Source of the DNA: Eledone cirrhosa
Taxonomy: Eukaryota
Assembly: GCA_964016885.1 (NCBI GenBank)
Contig: OZ024742.1
Location: 61,566,001-61,630,000 of the forward strand
DNA length: 64,000 bases
Direction: 5' to 3'
Under the pieces are notes generated by a model. The model did not search any database and had not been told where the DNA came from. It saw only the letters and a program-made list of their open reading frames with translations. Position numbers and translations under genes: made by a program. This document shows, piece by piece, positions 25,601 through 42,070 of the stretch. The first letter of the stretch is position 1. Every line of letters starts with the position of its first letter.

Positions 25601-25900
25601 TATATATATATATATATATATGCGAGTGTGTGTGTGTCTATCACTAGTGTTTATAGATCACAGACACCCACATATATATATATATATACACACACATACA
25701 TATATATATATATGTATATATATATATACACACACACATTTATATATACACATACACCCATGTATATATATGGGCCTTCCAGTTTCATTTCACATTATAT
25801 ACGTGTCTGTGTATATTTTAATTATTTAAAAATTACTTTTAAGTGAACATGATTTTTTTTAAATATTTTGAAGTGAACGTGATCCAAGCTATGCATGTAC

Positions 25901-26508
<608 letters not shown>

Positions 26509-26510
26509 AC

Positions 26511-26629
<119 letters not shown>

Positions 26630-26965
26630 AAAATACAGAGTTACTAACTCATATTGATACCCTGCAATTAACAAGCTCAAAGTATAAATACTGAGCATTA
26701 TAATAATATATGTAGAAATAAACGCAGTAAATTGTGTCTAAAATTACGAGGGTTGAAATAGCACATTGGTTTGATAAATTTAACCTCAGGGCGAAACAGG
26801 TTAAATCTCTAATCTGTCCGAGAGATGAAATAGTTTTTGAGACGGTCTGTATATATATTCTATATCTTCTGTTTGCTTCAGGTTAAATTTATCAAACCAA
26901 TCTGGTATTTCGACCCTCGTAATTTTAGACACACAATTTACTGTGTTTATTTCTACATATATTAT
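26630..26965. repeat. Fold-back element, arms ~26700-26786 and ~26880-26965
   Basis: Imperfect inverted repeat between microsatellites. Confidence 0.7.
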
Positions 26966-26982
26966 ATATATATATGTATATA

Positions 26983-27054
<72 letters not shown>

Positions 27055-27058
27055 CGTG

Positions 27059-27147
<89 letters not shown>

Positions 27148-27227
27148 GCGTGTGTAGAGCATTGAAGAGTTGATTAGATTTTAAATTCTTAGACAGTATA
27201 GGAATACACATACACACACACACATAC

Positions 27228-27520
27228 ATATATATATGTAAATATGTTTTGAAACAGTGAGCAGGTTTGAAATTAGAAAATAGAATAGCTTTCACCGTAT
27301 TTTTTTACTAAAGAAATTTTAGTCTGATAATGGGGTTTAGAACCCTAAGATAAATGGAAAAAGATGATTATTGACATACTCATCTTTTTCCATTTATCTG
27401 AGGGTTCTAAACACCATTAGCAGATTAAAATTTCTTTAGTAAAAAAATACGGTGAAAGCTATTTTATTTTCTAATTTCAAACCTGCTCACTGTTTCAAAA
27501 CATATTTACATATATATATG
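27228..27520. repeat. Fold-back element, ~140-bp arms, centre ~27374
   Basis: gaaaaagatga..tcatctttttc centre; arms pair out to the (TA) flanks. Confidence 0.8.
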
Positions 27521-27522
27521 TC

Positions 27523-27772
27523 ATGTTTAATATAGAAATGACTTCTACAGGACAAGAACTGTTTCATTCAAGAGAAATCATCAAGAAAGTCGACTGTCTT
27601 TGTAAAACTTTTGTATATTTATATGTTTTACAGGGACAGTCTTTTTTTCTGTTGAGTGATTTCTTTTGAATGAAACACTTCTAGTCCCGTAGAAACCATT
27701 TCTATATTAAACAAGATGTTTACACTCTACTAATCTATTAAGTATGGTTACCCCGATTGAACCAGGGTCCCT
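27523..27772. mobile_element. Older fold-back copy of the 22.7/28.5-kb hammerhead pLTR family
   Basis: Degenerate hammerhead cores in both arms; tail ggttaccccgattgaacc matches the 22697 element. Confidence 0.6.
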
Positions 27773-28543
27773 TCATATCTATATATCTGAAGAGAAGATT
27801 GACATTGCGTTGGGGAATGTCTGGTTTACAATTTAAATTAAAACCTTGAGCCCGATTATCTGATAATCAAATGTCACCAACGATATGGAATAAAAACATT
27901 TTAAAGTAAAACTTCGTAATCTCATACATTACATATATGTGTGTGTGTGTGTATGTGTGTGTGTATGTGTTTATGTGTGTATGTGTGTGTGTGTGTGTGT
28001 ATGTAAGTGTGTCTATGTGTGTGTGTGTGTGTGTGTGTGTACCGCTTACATGTGCTGCCTGTGACGGTAGACGATCATAACCCACTATAGGTGCAGAAGT
28101 AACTATTTATAGTTTGTTGGACGATCATGTTACCTATTACACCAAGTGGATTGTAAACAACTTCATTGTTGAAATAACAAAAAAGAAACATATTTTTTTC
28201 TCTTTAAGCTTAACAATGCAATCTCTTCTAATGCCTCATGAGTATCACAGACAATTATTTCAGCAGTTACTGAGCCGCAAGCAGACATACTACACCTCTA
28301 AGCGCCCACAATAGTTCAGTATCTAATAATATCATACTGGAATTCTGCTAACTATGACTTAGTATAAGACCAATAAATATATGTTTGCCTTATGTGTGAA
28401 TGTATGTATTAACATATATATATAAATATATATAGTAATAATAATAAATTTGAAGACTAAAATCCAAAGAGGGCTCGATAATCAGCGATTCTTTGCTTAA
28501 ACTTTAATCTGTTATTTTAATAAATATAAATATATATATATAT

Positions 28544-28714
28544 ATAGAAGAGCTTCTACAGGACTAGAACTGTTTCATTCTTGAGAAATCATCAGGAGCT
28601 TCCTGATGATTTCTCACGAATGAAACAGTTCTAGTCCTGTAGGAGCTCTTCTATATTAAAACTGTTATACTCTGCTATGTATTGAGTACCTTATTTACTG
28701 TGGTTACCTCCTCT
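28544..28714. mobile_element. Fold-back mini-element of two back-to-back hammerheads
   Basis: tcatcag-gagcttc-ctgatga at the centre. Confidence 0.75.
28596..28648 (+). ncRNA. Type I hammerhead ribozyme
   Basis: gagcttc-CTGATGA-t-ttc(tcac)gaa-t-GAAA-cag(ttctagtc)ctg-TA-ggagctc. Confidence 0.75.
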
Positions 28715-28731
28715 ATAAATATATATATACA

Positions 28732-28763
<32 letters not shown>

Positions 28764-28934
28764 AGCAGAAGGAATATTTAATTTGTTGGTAATTCAACAA
28801 ATATAAATGTTTATAACTGATTCAGAGCACTCGACAAGTTTTCTGGAGTATAATATTCAAGAAAAACTTGAACCGTTAAGGTATTTTCCTTGGTTATGTC
28901 AAAATTTATAAAACCCACTTCGTATTTTATTTGA

Positions 28935-29011
<77 letters not shown>

Positions 29012-29016
<5 letters not shown>

Positions 29017-29450
29017 GTATATATAGTGTATTTTGCAATACATTGTATGCTTAATTGAAAGCATTTCGAAGACCTTACGCTATTGTTTTAGAGTAGTGAC
29101 AGTCTCACTTACTTTAATTTTCAGCAAACAGGGGAGATAAAGCTGACAGACCACCAATTCTAATTTTCAATTTCTGCTTGACCGGCAACCTCTCTGTATA
29201 ATCAATTCCTGATTATTACTAGAATTCTATAAGAATCAAACATTCATGATTTTCAGCAAACAGCAGGCGTAGTTAACTTTGATAAGCACCAAAAAGTGCG
29301 AAACAGAGCCTTCTCAGCTTTATCTCCCCTGTTTGCTGAAAATTAATGTAAGTGAGACTGTCACTACTCTAAAACAATAGCGTAAGGTCTTCGAAATGCT
29401 CTTAATTAAGCATACAGTGTATTGCAAAATATACTATATATACATTCATA
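29012..29450. mobile_element. Fold-back element, ~135-bp arms, with a degenerate hammerhead in the spacer
   Basis: Arms ~29012-29147 and ~29313-29448; ttgataa-gcac(caaaaa)gtgc-GAAAC at ~29279-29304. Confidence 0.65.
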
Positions 29451-29591
29451 TATATATCGCTATTTCAGAGCACCAATTCTAATTTTATATATATATATAT
29501 ATATATATACATGTGTGTATGTATATATATATATATGTTTGTGTTATGTGTGAATATATATGTTTATATATGTATATATGTATGTATAAAT

Positions 29592-29627
<36 letters not shown>

Positions 29628-31290
29628 TATAATAAAACCGTTACAATCCATATATTCTTCTAAAAATTAATTTTTTACCGTTTGTTATATTTAATATTTT
29701 TAGTTAAAAACCGTTTTCAGGAAAAATGATTTATTTGAGCAAATTGGTCATCCCTGTGAAAATACAATGCTTATGTCTTGATAACGCCCGGGATAGCTCA
29801 GTTTCTTCGAACCTCACCTTGATTCATTATTTTTGTAAGTAAACGGTTCTTTTCTAACAGTGATTCGAGGAACCAAAATTATTCCTTCTACTCGTATTCC
29901 TTTTTCTGAATCACCTCTACTTCAACCGTTTATATTTTCTCCAATGGACTTATCATCTTCGGTCCACTAGTCGTGAAAAATCCGTCGTTATATGAGATAA
30001 AGGATAACTTTATCTTCCCATTTTTTAAAGACTGTAGTATGCGGTCCGCCAGAAATTTTCTATTGACCCCAACAGGTCCTGCGACTCCGTAGAATCACGT
30101 TGGCTGTTTGGTGAAAGTACCAGTAATAAAGGAAGGTTTATCATGCTTCATGTTTTGAGAACTTGTGTTAACAAATGAGTCTCTACGAGGTTGTTTGAAC
30201 CTGTTAGATATAGCAGTAAAATCTAACACACTTAGCCTCCTTCAATTAAAAAGGGATACACTCGGAAGCGTTATCTTTGATCCTCCGCTCTTCTGCATTG
30301 CGGGGCGCTCAGGTGATGTGGCCAAGACGATGAGGTTGGCACCGTTGGTAAGCAATAGTAGTATTAATCTCACATTCCAATATGTCCCCTTGACGTTTAC
30401 CTGAATCAGGAGAGCATGAAGTGACAGTCTACCGATTACAAAGCTGCTCTCGCTATGAAAGCTAATATCGTTTTCTCTCTACTCATTTCAGCTAATTATT
30501 TGATGTATAGAAAAAATAGACCAAATGCCTAGAATTGACTGACCGATTCTTTTTCGCTGTGATTGCTTTTGAGATGTCTGGTGACTTCAGTTCCCCTTTT
30601 ATCTCTGCCAAAATCGAGACGAGGGTATCACACATAGGAAATGAGTCCGATGTGGTTGAGTGGTTGATTTACCGAGTATCACTGGTTGTTCTCCGCGTTA
30701 ATGCTTTCGTCGCTTTATCCTCACGGCACATCTGAGATAATCTGTCCGACCAAGGATGTATATTGTATATTTTCCCCCCGTGAGGTGGAATAGCTGATGC
30801 AGTGAGGATGGCTCGCTGTTCGCCGCGGTAACATTTCTACCATATTGTCGCATGCGGAGCCTAGCTGAGATATGCCGTCCATTACAAGATGTACTTCTAC
30901 CTATTTCCAAATTTTTATGATTTTTTCTTTTACTTTTGTTTTTCTTTTGGCGATTATGATATGATAAATGTATTTTAGACAGTCTAGACTAAAGCTCTCT
31001 TCTGTCTGTGCAGCTTATTTCCGAACGAAATTTGAGAAGTCCCCAGGGAATAAGTAACTATGTTTTCTAAACTACGCACATTTAGTGGGACGGACGAGGC
31101 AGTAAAACATGGTTAGTGTTGAAATGTTGAAATGAACGCAATTACTGAAGAATATGTTCTATTGCATAGATATATTAAATATGGCAGGCAGACATGTACT
31201 TTTTTTACTGTGTTTTTTTATGGGGGGGGGCGTTTTACTGGCATCTAATAAGCATTAGATGATTTTGAGATAGATAAATAGAAAAATATT

Positions 31291-31329
<39 letters not shown>

Positions 31330-31343
31330 GGGGGGAGCAACAC

Positions 31344-31405
<62 letters not shown>

Positions 31406-31476
31406 AAGGCTGGACAAAAGACAAACAGATTAATAGCTATGTAGATACAGACAGGGAGCTGAACAGACATACAAAG

Positions 31477-31543
<67 letters not shown>

Positions 31544-31849
31544 TAGTTAGACGAATATATGCTCACAGATTTAACATGCACATACACATTTACATATACA
31601 TGGACGGATGGATGGACAAATAGATGAAAAGTAAAAGCGTATTATGAGGTTAGATAAATATAATAGAACTCGATCTGTGAACTGCAGCGAATAACGCAGA
31701 GGGAATATTTTTGAAACCAGAGAGAATAACACTGACATTCTCAGCCTGTAAATAATATTATATGTAATAACAGATATATTTATCGTCGGGGAAAATATTG
31801 TTGTTTTCACTTGACTAGACATAAGACTGACCGACTATTTCTGATGACG

Positions 31850-32160
31850 TCGGCGGATTGGCAGAGTCACTAAAGCGTAGGACAAAATGTCTGCTGGAGT
31901 CCCGTTTTCTCCGTTCTGAGTTCAAATACCACCGAGTTCCAATTTGCATTCATTATTTCGTTGTTGATAGGGCGGTGGATTGGCAGTATCGGTAGAGGGT
32001 CGGACGCCATGCTTTCCAGCATAGTTACGTCCCTTTACGATCTGAGTTCAAATCCCGCCGAGGTTGACTTTGCCTTTCATCCTTACGCGGTCGATAAAAT
32101 AAAGTACCTGTAATGCACTGAGTAATTGCTGGCCTTGTGCCTAAAGTAGAAACAATTATT
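31850..32160 (+). mobile_element. Nin-like tRNA SINEs: young copy 31971-32160 nested in an older copy
   Basis: Two A/B-box heads. ttatttcgttgttgata occurs on both sides of the young copy and looks like a target-site duplication. Confidence 0.75.
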
Positions 32161-35100
32161 TCGTTGTTGATAAATAAAGTACAAGTGGTCCCTCGCTTTC
32201 TTTCTCTTTATTCCTATCTCTCATTCCTTTTTTCTTCCTTTCTGGAAGTCATTGTCTGTTTTCAAACCTGTTGACAGTTGGGTTCCAATGCTCAAAAAAT
32301 GCCGTATGTCATGAGTGAGGTCTTACAATTCTATCACCAATTAAGGGCTCAATAGTGATGCTTTCTGATTCCATGTGCTTTGATATTAAATCACGCCGAA
32401 GTCAACTTTGTTTATCATCCGTTTGAAGGTAAATATAATAAAACATCAGTCCAGTACAGATAATTGGAGGATTTGTGAGAGCATCAGACGGTGTGTTTTG
32501 TGGTATTTATTTCAGGCCTCTCTTTGAGTATTCTTACTTCCTTCCCTCGAGTCTTGGAAACTCTGAAATAAGGTCAACAAATTCGGGAGAAGTGCAAATT
32601 AAATTAAACCAACGCCAGTACATAACTGCTACATCATTTTATCGACCTAGGAAGAGTGAAAGATAAAGCTGACCTATGCAGAAACGTAAAGAGCATAACC
32701 AAATACTGATAAGCATTTGTCCAACATACTAACATCTCTGCCAACCCATCGCTCCGAAGATATTAACAGTAATTTCAACTCAAAACACAGTGATCAACTA
32801 AAACAACGGAAGTCATTTATTTCGTTCTTTGTATGAAGATTTGGCTACAGTCTCTAGCAGATTGAGCAGCCACGTAGAGGTTCTCGCGTTTAACGCACTT
32901 TCAAGTCGTTTGATACTATATTCGATAAAAAGTATTCTTTAACAATTGTTTTATGAAAATTAGTTTCCATGAAAGTATGTTCACGAAATTATTCATTGAC
33001 GAAAGTGCGTTTAAAAAATTGTTCTGCGAAAGGTAGCTACGGTGAAAAATCGTTCGGTGAAACATTGTGCCCGAGATTCAGTATGCTAAGATACCATCAG
33101 ACCAAAGAAATGGTCCGAAAGTGTATAACAAAGTCATTCTGTTATAAACACCCATGAGGTAGATAGGCGAGTGCGTTAAAACAGATAACATTCATGAACC
33201 CTGTTGGGCGTCGAATAAAATTACGATACTTAGGACTGATAGAGAGTCGAATAAAATTATGTTTGATTACAAAATCGGTAAAGTGTTCGAGAAAATAATG
33301 CCTGGTAAGTATTTTTAGCCAAATGCTTTGCTGTATTTACATTTAACGCCGGAGTTGTCTACTCCTCATTATTCTGAGGTCAATAAATTAAAATACTCGT
33401 GTGTTTAGTGATTAGTGGGGGCTTACATGTATGTGCGTGAGTAGTGTGTGTGCGTGTGGTGTGAAGGTTACATGTGTGTGTATGTGTGGCGTGTGTAGTA
33501 ATTAATAGTGATTATATGTAGTGTGTGTGGCTGGTGTGTTTTATAGAGATTACACGTATGTATGTATATATGTATGTATATATCTACGGTTGTATGTATG
33601 TGTGTGGTATGTGTCATGATATTAATGGGGATTACATGTATGCATGTGTATGTGTGATGTCTTGAAGTGTTTAGTGGGATGTGTGTCTCTTGTAATATTT
33701 ACTCAGGAATTAACTGTTTTTGGTACGACGTCTCTAGTTTAGCCGACTATTATATTTATATATGTTGTAATGTTCAATCGGAATTACATTGTCTCTGGTA
33801 GTGTTTAATACTAGAGCTAATCCAATCAACTGTCTTGCCCTAAATGTTTGTGACGCGGTGCTCATGTTAGAAACCGATATTTAGATTTGATACTAAACTG
33901 GTGCAGTGCAACCACTTAATACATATCTGGAGGTATAAATGTGAATCCAATAGTTTTCGTTGCAATCTGTTTAAAGACAACCTGTCTCTCTCTCTCTCTC
34001 TTTCTATCTATCTCTCTCTCTCTCTATCTCTTGCTAACAGTGTTGATATTCTAATGGTTAAACCAATATTCTCTAGACAGAAATCCCACCAAACTAAACT
34101 CTTGAATTATTTGCTTTATTTGTATTATTTACGATACCAAAAGTTCTGCATTTTAACAAATATATTTGATAGGATAATTTAGAATGTTTACCGAACTGTT
34201 TATTATAACATTAACGCCAAAATACTTACATAATTACTCCAATGATTGAAGGTTTTCTTATTGGTGATCTATCCAAATGTCGAGAGATGATATATACAGA
34301 TAGAACAGATATAGAAGGATCAGGAAAGATGTTGATTGCGTAACTGGTTACTGAAAAACTTGCAACAATCAATACATTGCTACAACTGTATTTATATCAT
34401 CGAATGAAATGTTGACCTTTTTTGTCTTTTACTTATTAAATAAATGATGTAATCTTCTATTTACATACTGTTTGTCAATCACTAACAAATATATCATACA
34501 TGTACTGCAGCCATAATAATTTCTAAATTTGGCATAAGGCCAGCAATTTGGGGTAAAGAAAAAACCGATTATATCAACCTCAGTACTTATCTGATAAGGC
34601 AGCGAATTAGCAGAATCATTAGAACATTGGATAGAATGTTTTGCTATATTCGTTCCAGTTCCCTGCGCTCTGAGTTCAAATCTCACCGAGGTTAATTGTT
34701 CACTAAAACAAAGTACTAGTCCAATACTGGGTTGACTCTTCCTCTATATCTCACTCTATATCTCACTTACTCTATATCCCACTTGTTCTCTAACACTCAC
34801 TCTCTTTAATCTGGAAGACATTGGCCGTATTGAGATCGGGAGAGGGGATGGATTATGTTAGGTTTAAACAAAATATCCAAGAAACGCTATATGTCACAAC
34901 AGCACCCCTACGACTCTAGCATGAGATACTGGTCCATACACATCTGGTACTTTATTATCGATCTTGGAAGGATGAAAGACAAAGTTGAGCTCGGGCGAAT
35001 CTCAAGACAGTCCATAAACAAGCATAAGAGATACTTCAAAGCATTTCGTCCGACGCTCCGTCAATTTGGCCAATCCACCATCCTATACACTGCAGCCTTA

Positions 35101-35564
35101 ATAATCACTTTGAAGCTGTTTTCACTTCACAGCCACGTGTTTCCAGGTTCACTCCCACAGCGTTACTATAGTTTCAAGATGTCTGTTTAACTCTTTTTAG
35201 TGGAATTTGATAGGTGGAAACTGTGCCAACACTTCGGTAAAGGTCTTAATCACAAACTCAGTAGCATAACAGACCAGAACCATTGAGCGTCGGAGAAAAT
35301 GATTTACAGTATTTGTTCTAGCTCTGGGTTCTGAGTCCAAATCACGATGAGGTTTACTTTGCTTTACAGCTTTCGGGGATCGATAAAATATTGTACAAGG
35401 GAAGCACTGGGATCCATTTAATCGAAGTTTCTAAACTTCCAAATTGCCGATCTTGTACCTAAATTAGAAACCATTATTATTACTTTTATTTGTTTTCCAG
35501 AAACTTTTCTTAGGCCTGTCAGCCAGCATATCTATAGCGGATCTTAATCACATCCAGCCCAAGG

Positions 35565-35621
<57 letters not shown>

Positions 35622-35625
35622 CATA

Positions 35626-36037
35626 TAATTAAAAGTTTAACAAGGTTCATTGAATTGATCAATGAATAAAGTTTTACAATAGATTAGAAGCACTCAACAG
35701 TGAGGTTTTCTGGAGTTATTAATATTACTTCAAAATATTAATAAATATAGACATTCATGTGATCAAATATATTTTATTATACATATTTCAGAGGTACTAA
35801 GCTATTTCATCAGTACGTCCTAATCAGATAAAATAAATTGATGTCTGACATATCTCGACTGTGCTGATGGTTCAAATCCAAGACTGGATTTGAACCATCA
35901 GCATAGTCGAGATATGTCAGACATCAATTTATTTTATCTGATTAGGACGTACTGATGAAATAGCTTAGTACCTCTGAAATATGTATAATAAAATATATTT
36001 GATCACATGAATGTCTATATTTATTAATATTTTGAAG

Positions 36038-36043
<6 letters not shown>
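35626..36043. mobile_element. Fold-back element, ~160-bp arms with a 4-nt loop (35881-35884); relative of the 10.4-kb element
   Basis: Shared gcactcaacag..tggagt tail. Hammerhead variant tattttat-CTGATTA...GAAA-t(atgt)a-TA-ataaaata at 35930-35995, with a mirror copy. Confidence 0.75.
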
Positions 36044-36125
<82 letters not shown>

Positions 36126-36332
36126 GGGTGTGTATGATTGTGTATAAAAGATTATATTAATAAAAGGAATTCCAACTTTGTCTGATTTACTCGTTTTATT
36201 TACAATCCTTTAAAATTATAATGATATTATAATGAAATAATATGGTAGAATATTAAATGTTAAGTGTTAATTGAACAAGTACTTTCATGCTTTCGCAATG
36301 TTCAGGTTCATATTAAGTGGTGACAGTCAAGT

Positions 36333-36595
36333 TTACAATTTTCAACTGTAATGAGATGAGTAAATTCTGTGCCTTATATACAGTAAAAAGGGGCTACAGA
36401 ATGCTAAGTTTTGCAAACTGTATTTCGACAAATCGGTGTGTAGTGACGCCTAAACCAATCAGATTTAGTAATCTGGTGAGACTACACACCGATTGGTGGA
36501 AATACAGTTTGCAAAACTTAGCATTCTGTAGCCCATTTTTACTGTATATAAGGCACAGAATGTACCCATCTCATTACAGTTGAAAATTACAATCT
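36333..36595. repeat. Fold-back element, ~110-bp arms
   Basis: Inverted arms give near-identical ORF translations at 36317(+) and 36465(-). Confidence 0.75.
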
Positions 36596-36796
36596 TATAC
36601 AAAGCTATGTTAGAGTTAATGCCCTTATATATATATATATTTATAAATATAAATATATATATATAAATATATTTATATATATATATAAGGGCATTAACTA
36701 TTAACATCCGAAACGTTAAGACCCTCTTCCTGCTATATCAAACGTTAACCTAATATGTACTGATTGTGTTGTTATTTCTGTTTACCTTTTACATAC

Positions 36797-37694
<898 letters not shown>

Positions 37695-37701
37695 TATATA
37701 A

Positions 37702-37830
<129 letters not shown>

Positions 37831-37897
37831 CAAGGTTTAGCAAATAAGAAAGAGTTTTAAAATAAATGTTAAAAGATTCACTCTACCTGCTGTAGTT

Positions 37898-37983
37898 ACC
37901 CTTACCGTACGGTTTCAAGTCTCAAAAATAAATGGATAGTCCTTACGGACATCCATTGAAAAGAAAGACTCTCGTCAGAGGGC
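37898..37983 (-). ncRNA. Type I hammerhead ribozyme in a PLE-like fragment (37826-38370)
   Basis: gccct-CTGACGA-gagtct...agactt-GAAA-ccgtacgg-TA-agggt; palindromic stem III. Confidence 0.8.
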
Positions 37984-38365
37984 TCTTTTCACTCGGAGAG
38001 TATAAAATTCCCGAGTTCAAATTACGAACTGGCTCTATTCAAAATTGTTCCCGAGATGAGAGTGAATGATATAGAAGCAATTCTGTCCAGTGTCGTGTGC
38101 AAAGATAGAAGGCAGAGGCGGAAAGGTCAATCCATTGCCACTAGAAATAGCAGCAGTGAAAACGACCAAAATGTTATCTCAACCAGGGGAGATTAATAAT
38201 AATAAAGTATATATCCCTACATGCAAAATACATATAGAGACACATGTATTATCCAACCATATGCCAATGTGGTCCTATGGCAGGTTAATAAATTAACGAG
38301 CCAGAACATATATAATCAAGGTTTTGGCATATAGTTGGATAATACAATGGTCCCTATATGTATTT

Positions 38366-38407
<42 letters not shown>

Positions 38408-39527
38408 GCAAGTTAGAAATAGAGATGTGAAAACAAACACAATACAAGTTAAAACATTTTCATTTATATTCATGATATATTTATTTTATATTTCTATGTA
38501 GAACGCCACTATTGTGAAGATGTGGGTATTTATAATCACTTTTCGGGTGTAGGTCTCCATCTTATGTTATTTACCCCACACGAATAAAAACAAAATTGAC
38601 ACTAGAGAGATTTAAACTCTAAACGTAGGAAATGTTCCTATATACATAAACCCAACTAGTGCTGACTCTCTATATTTTCTAAAATCTTCCCCTTTATTAT
38701 ATCATTAGCAGCAGTGCCCAACATTGATTGAGTTTATTAGTACTTTGATTATATGCTTCTTCTTTTGGCCTTCAAATTCTGAGACCGTTCTGAAATGCAG
38801 CATATCTTTGAAAATATAAGGAGACATGGATACATATTCAATTGGTTATGTTAACCAATTTCTACGTGAATATCTGGTGAAGCCAGGACTTCAAATCAAA
38901 GAAAGTAGCTGGTTGATGCTCTCTTTATAGCAAATCAGTAAAAAAAATATATGCAAAACTTTTCTGAAGTTCGACACATGACACAACGTTTTTCTTATCC
39001 AAATTTCAACGATAAAGCTAAGTTTCTTTGTTAGAAACCATCTCCCCACTTCCTTGCATGAAGAATTCAAATACATATTTCACTTTTATATATTAAGATA
39101 ATAAGAAAATATAGCGTTTTACTGAACAAATCAGAAACATACTTGTAAATCATAAATGAATGTTGTCAAGAGTGAATTATAAAGTTTTAAATATGGTTTT
39201 AACATTAAAAGATTTTCATGTTTATATACTTTATTTTTTAACTGACTTCGAAATCTGGTGTTAGCATTTGTTTGTGATGTTCTATGAGACTGAAAGAAAT
39301 ATTTTCTTTTTTCTTAATGCTTTAGAAATATAGAATAAAGTAATACTCTAAAATTAAAGTGGAAAATTTTACATTCATATTTCAATATATGATGGATATC
39401 TATATGTATAAAAAAAAAATCAGTAAATAACAGAACGTATTATGAGAAACTAACTTTGTTTAATATTTAATATTTGAAACAAGGACAAAAGCTGGAACAG
39501 TAAACCAGAATAGATAATAATGATAAT

Positions 39528-42070
39528 GCTTTCTTTATTAACCACAAGGGTTGATATAAAGTATAACATTAAAGACAGCACAGGACAGTACAGGACGGTA
39601 CAAATGGGCATATCTGCGTCTACATGTATAAAACAAAAACAAAGGAAGTAACAAAAAAATGAAACAAGGAAAAATTCCCCAAAAGGGGGGAGACTTCTGA
39701 GGGTCACTCGTGGAGAAGGCCCACAAAAAAGCCACGGTCACCCTCCCCGCTAGAACAAGCGCCCTCTCCCAGTTATCCTCCTTCAATACTACAGATATAC
39801 GCTCAAGGCAGGCTCATTCAAATGGGCCATTCTTGCCTCTCTTGCCGACCATTCAACAAACTGGCTGGAAAGCAGTACTTCCCTCTCCACCCTGATTTTC
39901 CTTTTCATGTGAAACCTGAAAAAGTTAATGAGAGCGTTGCCGAAGAGGAAAGTGCCCGCGACGGGGCAATCCTCACGATGGACTCAGCTGATAGTCGGAT
40001 CCGTCCTATACGAGACAGCAGGTGTTCGACATAAACCCACAAGTCAGCAATGCTCGGACACTGACTGACGTCACCTACATGTCTGTTGAGTTTATCCCGA
40101 ACTGGCAAAGCTCCCCGGTAGCACTGCGAGGCCTGACATTTCTGGAAGTTGCCCCGGCCCGAAATTTCTCTCGAAGAGATTGGCTACCTGATTTTCTTCG
40201 ACTCCCAGTCTCTCCAAGGACGTCGTCGCTCTTTCCTTCCACTAACCCTCTACAGAACGCCAAGATGGCGTTTCCACCGATCGCATCGCCCGATTGGTCG
40301 AGGGCTGTGAGTGGCTGAAGACATTCCAATATCCGCTCGACCTTTCAGGGATAGTTTCCTCTCGGCCCATTTCTGAGAGAGGGCACCCTGCTCGTCACCT
40401 CGTCCCAGTTTTTTTTCCTTCTAGAGGTCCGGACCGAACCAGGCTCCTAGCAATTTAACCGATCCGTCCGTCAAGCGCCCGACGACGCTGTTGGACGGCA
40501 TGGACCTTCCCCGCCAGGCACCGAGCCGCAAGCGCCCCTACTTTTCCAGGTTAATCATTGCTCCTGTCATCGCCTCATATTCTCTTGGTGTAGTGTCGAT
40601 CTCCTCGATTTGTTTGACGCCTGAAAACACTACGGTGACGTCGTCGGCATATGCTGACACGGTTCTCCCGCATCCCAGTTCGCGCAGGACGCCCCTCAAC
40701 GTCTCCAGTTTGTGCATTAATAGCTCGAAAGTCAGTACGTACAACAGGGACGAAAGGGTGACCGAGTGCATGATGTTGATGAGCATGGGAGTGACACACC
40801 CTCAGAAAGCCCTATTCATGGTCGACCGTATCAGATGCTTTCGATTAATCTAAATTGATCAGGGCCCCACTTCTGCCAGGTTCCTTAGCTGCCCTCTCCA
40901 CGATGTATCACATGAAGTGGAGATTAATAGCGCATGTTTGCGCCCCTCGCACCAGACTCCCGACGAAAAGCACCAACCTCGTTGCTAATAACTTGGCCAA
41001 TATTTTGAACGTGATGCTTGTAGGGAAAACCATGCAAAACAGGTGATTTACGATCATTCCACGATCGGTCCCACCACTACTTCCGAAAATTTGAGCTAAG
41101 TGCTGCTGAAAGGCCATACACATCTGCTCAGGATCGACTGACATGCGCTCGTCATTCTGCACCAAAGACCGGATCGTGGTTTTGTTGTGACGCCGCCACT
41201 CCGCCACCCGAGCTTATTGAACGGCTTTCGTTCCCTCGTGTCTTAGTGCACGCACCCTAGCTCTGACAATGCAGGCTTCGTACACAACGTTGAATAATTG
41301 GTTGAGGGCCAATCTCCCCACTTGCACGTTTGTCGTAATGCCTTTTTTAAGCGTCTCGTCTAGTTTTCTAACTAGTTCTCACTCTTGTCTACTCTTTTCT
41401 ATCACTATAGCCTTGCTAAACCTAATAGATCTACTCTGGTCGCTTTTTTCAGGGTGAACCACCATTTTTTAATGACGACTTCCCCCGTCAACGCCCGCTT
41501 AACTAATTCGCTAATCCGGTCTCTGTAGGCCTTACGTGATGGGAGCGACGTGTTCAGCTTCCAGTATCCGGGTCCCTGTTTATGTAAAATATGTAAGTGT
41601 ACTACGCAGTTCACAAATTTGTGGTTTGTGTTGCTGACCACTTTGAAATGTGGACATCGTATGTTAGACTTATCTATATCCCTACAGAATACCCTATCTA
41701 GATACAATCTGGATGACCCGATGCGGTTTGTCTATGTCCACATTGGCTCATTCGGGAAATCTGGACGGTACCTGTCAGACAGTTGGAAACGTCTGAGCAG
41801 GTTTGCATCAGAGTGCATCGAAGATGCCGTTCCAGTCGCCTACTAACACTAAAGAGCGCGACGTTCTAAGGAAGGTCTCCAGGCACCGAAAGAAGTCAAG
41901 CCTCCCTGCCTCTGTCGGTGCGTAGGCGGCCACTAGCCTGAAAGCTCGTCACGTCCAGCACCACCAAGTTACATTCTATCAAGAAGATAGCCCTTGTCTC
42001 GAAATCCAGACCTTTATGTAAAAACACTGCAAATCGACCCCAAGATCCCGGACGGCTTGGAGATGGGTAC
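39528..42070 (-). mobile_element. Decayed Tx1-like LINE ORF2 and 3'UTR with internal deletions
   Basis: Homologous to 4930-8391 (YLDRVF, PGYWKLN, SAYADD). Same 3' end AATAAAGAAAGC plus degenerate (ATT)n. Confidence 0.9.

Noticed and set aside
29760-30910. Possible further LINE ORF1 relics on the minus strand (GIRVEGIILVP-like)
   Set aside because: Similarity is too weak and fragmented to support a call.
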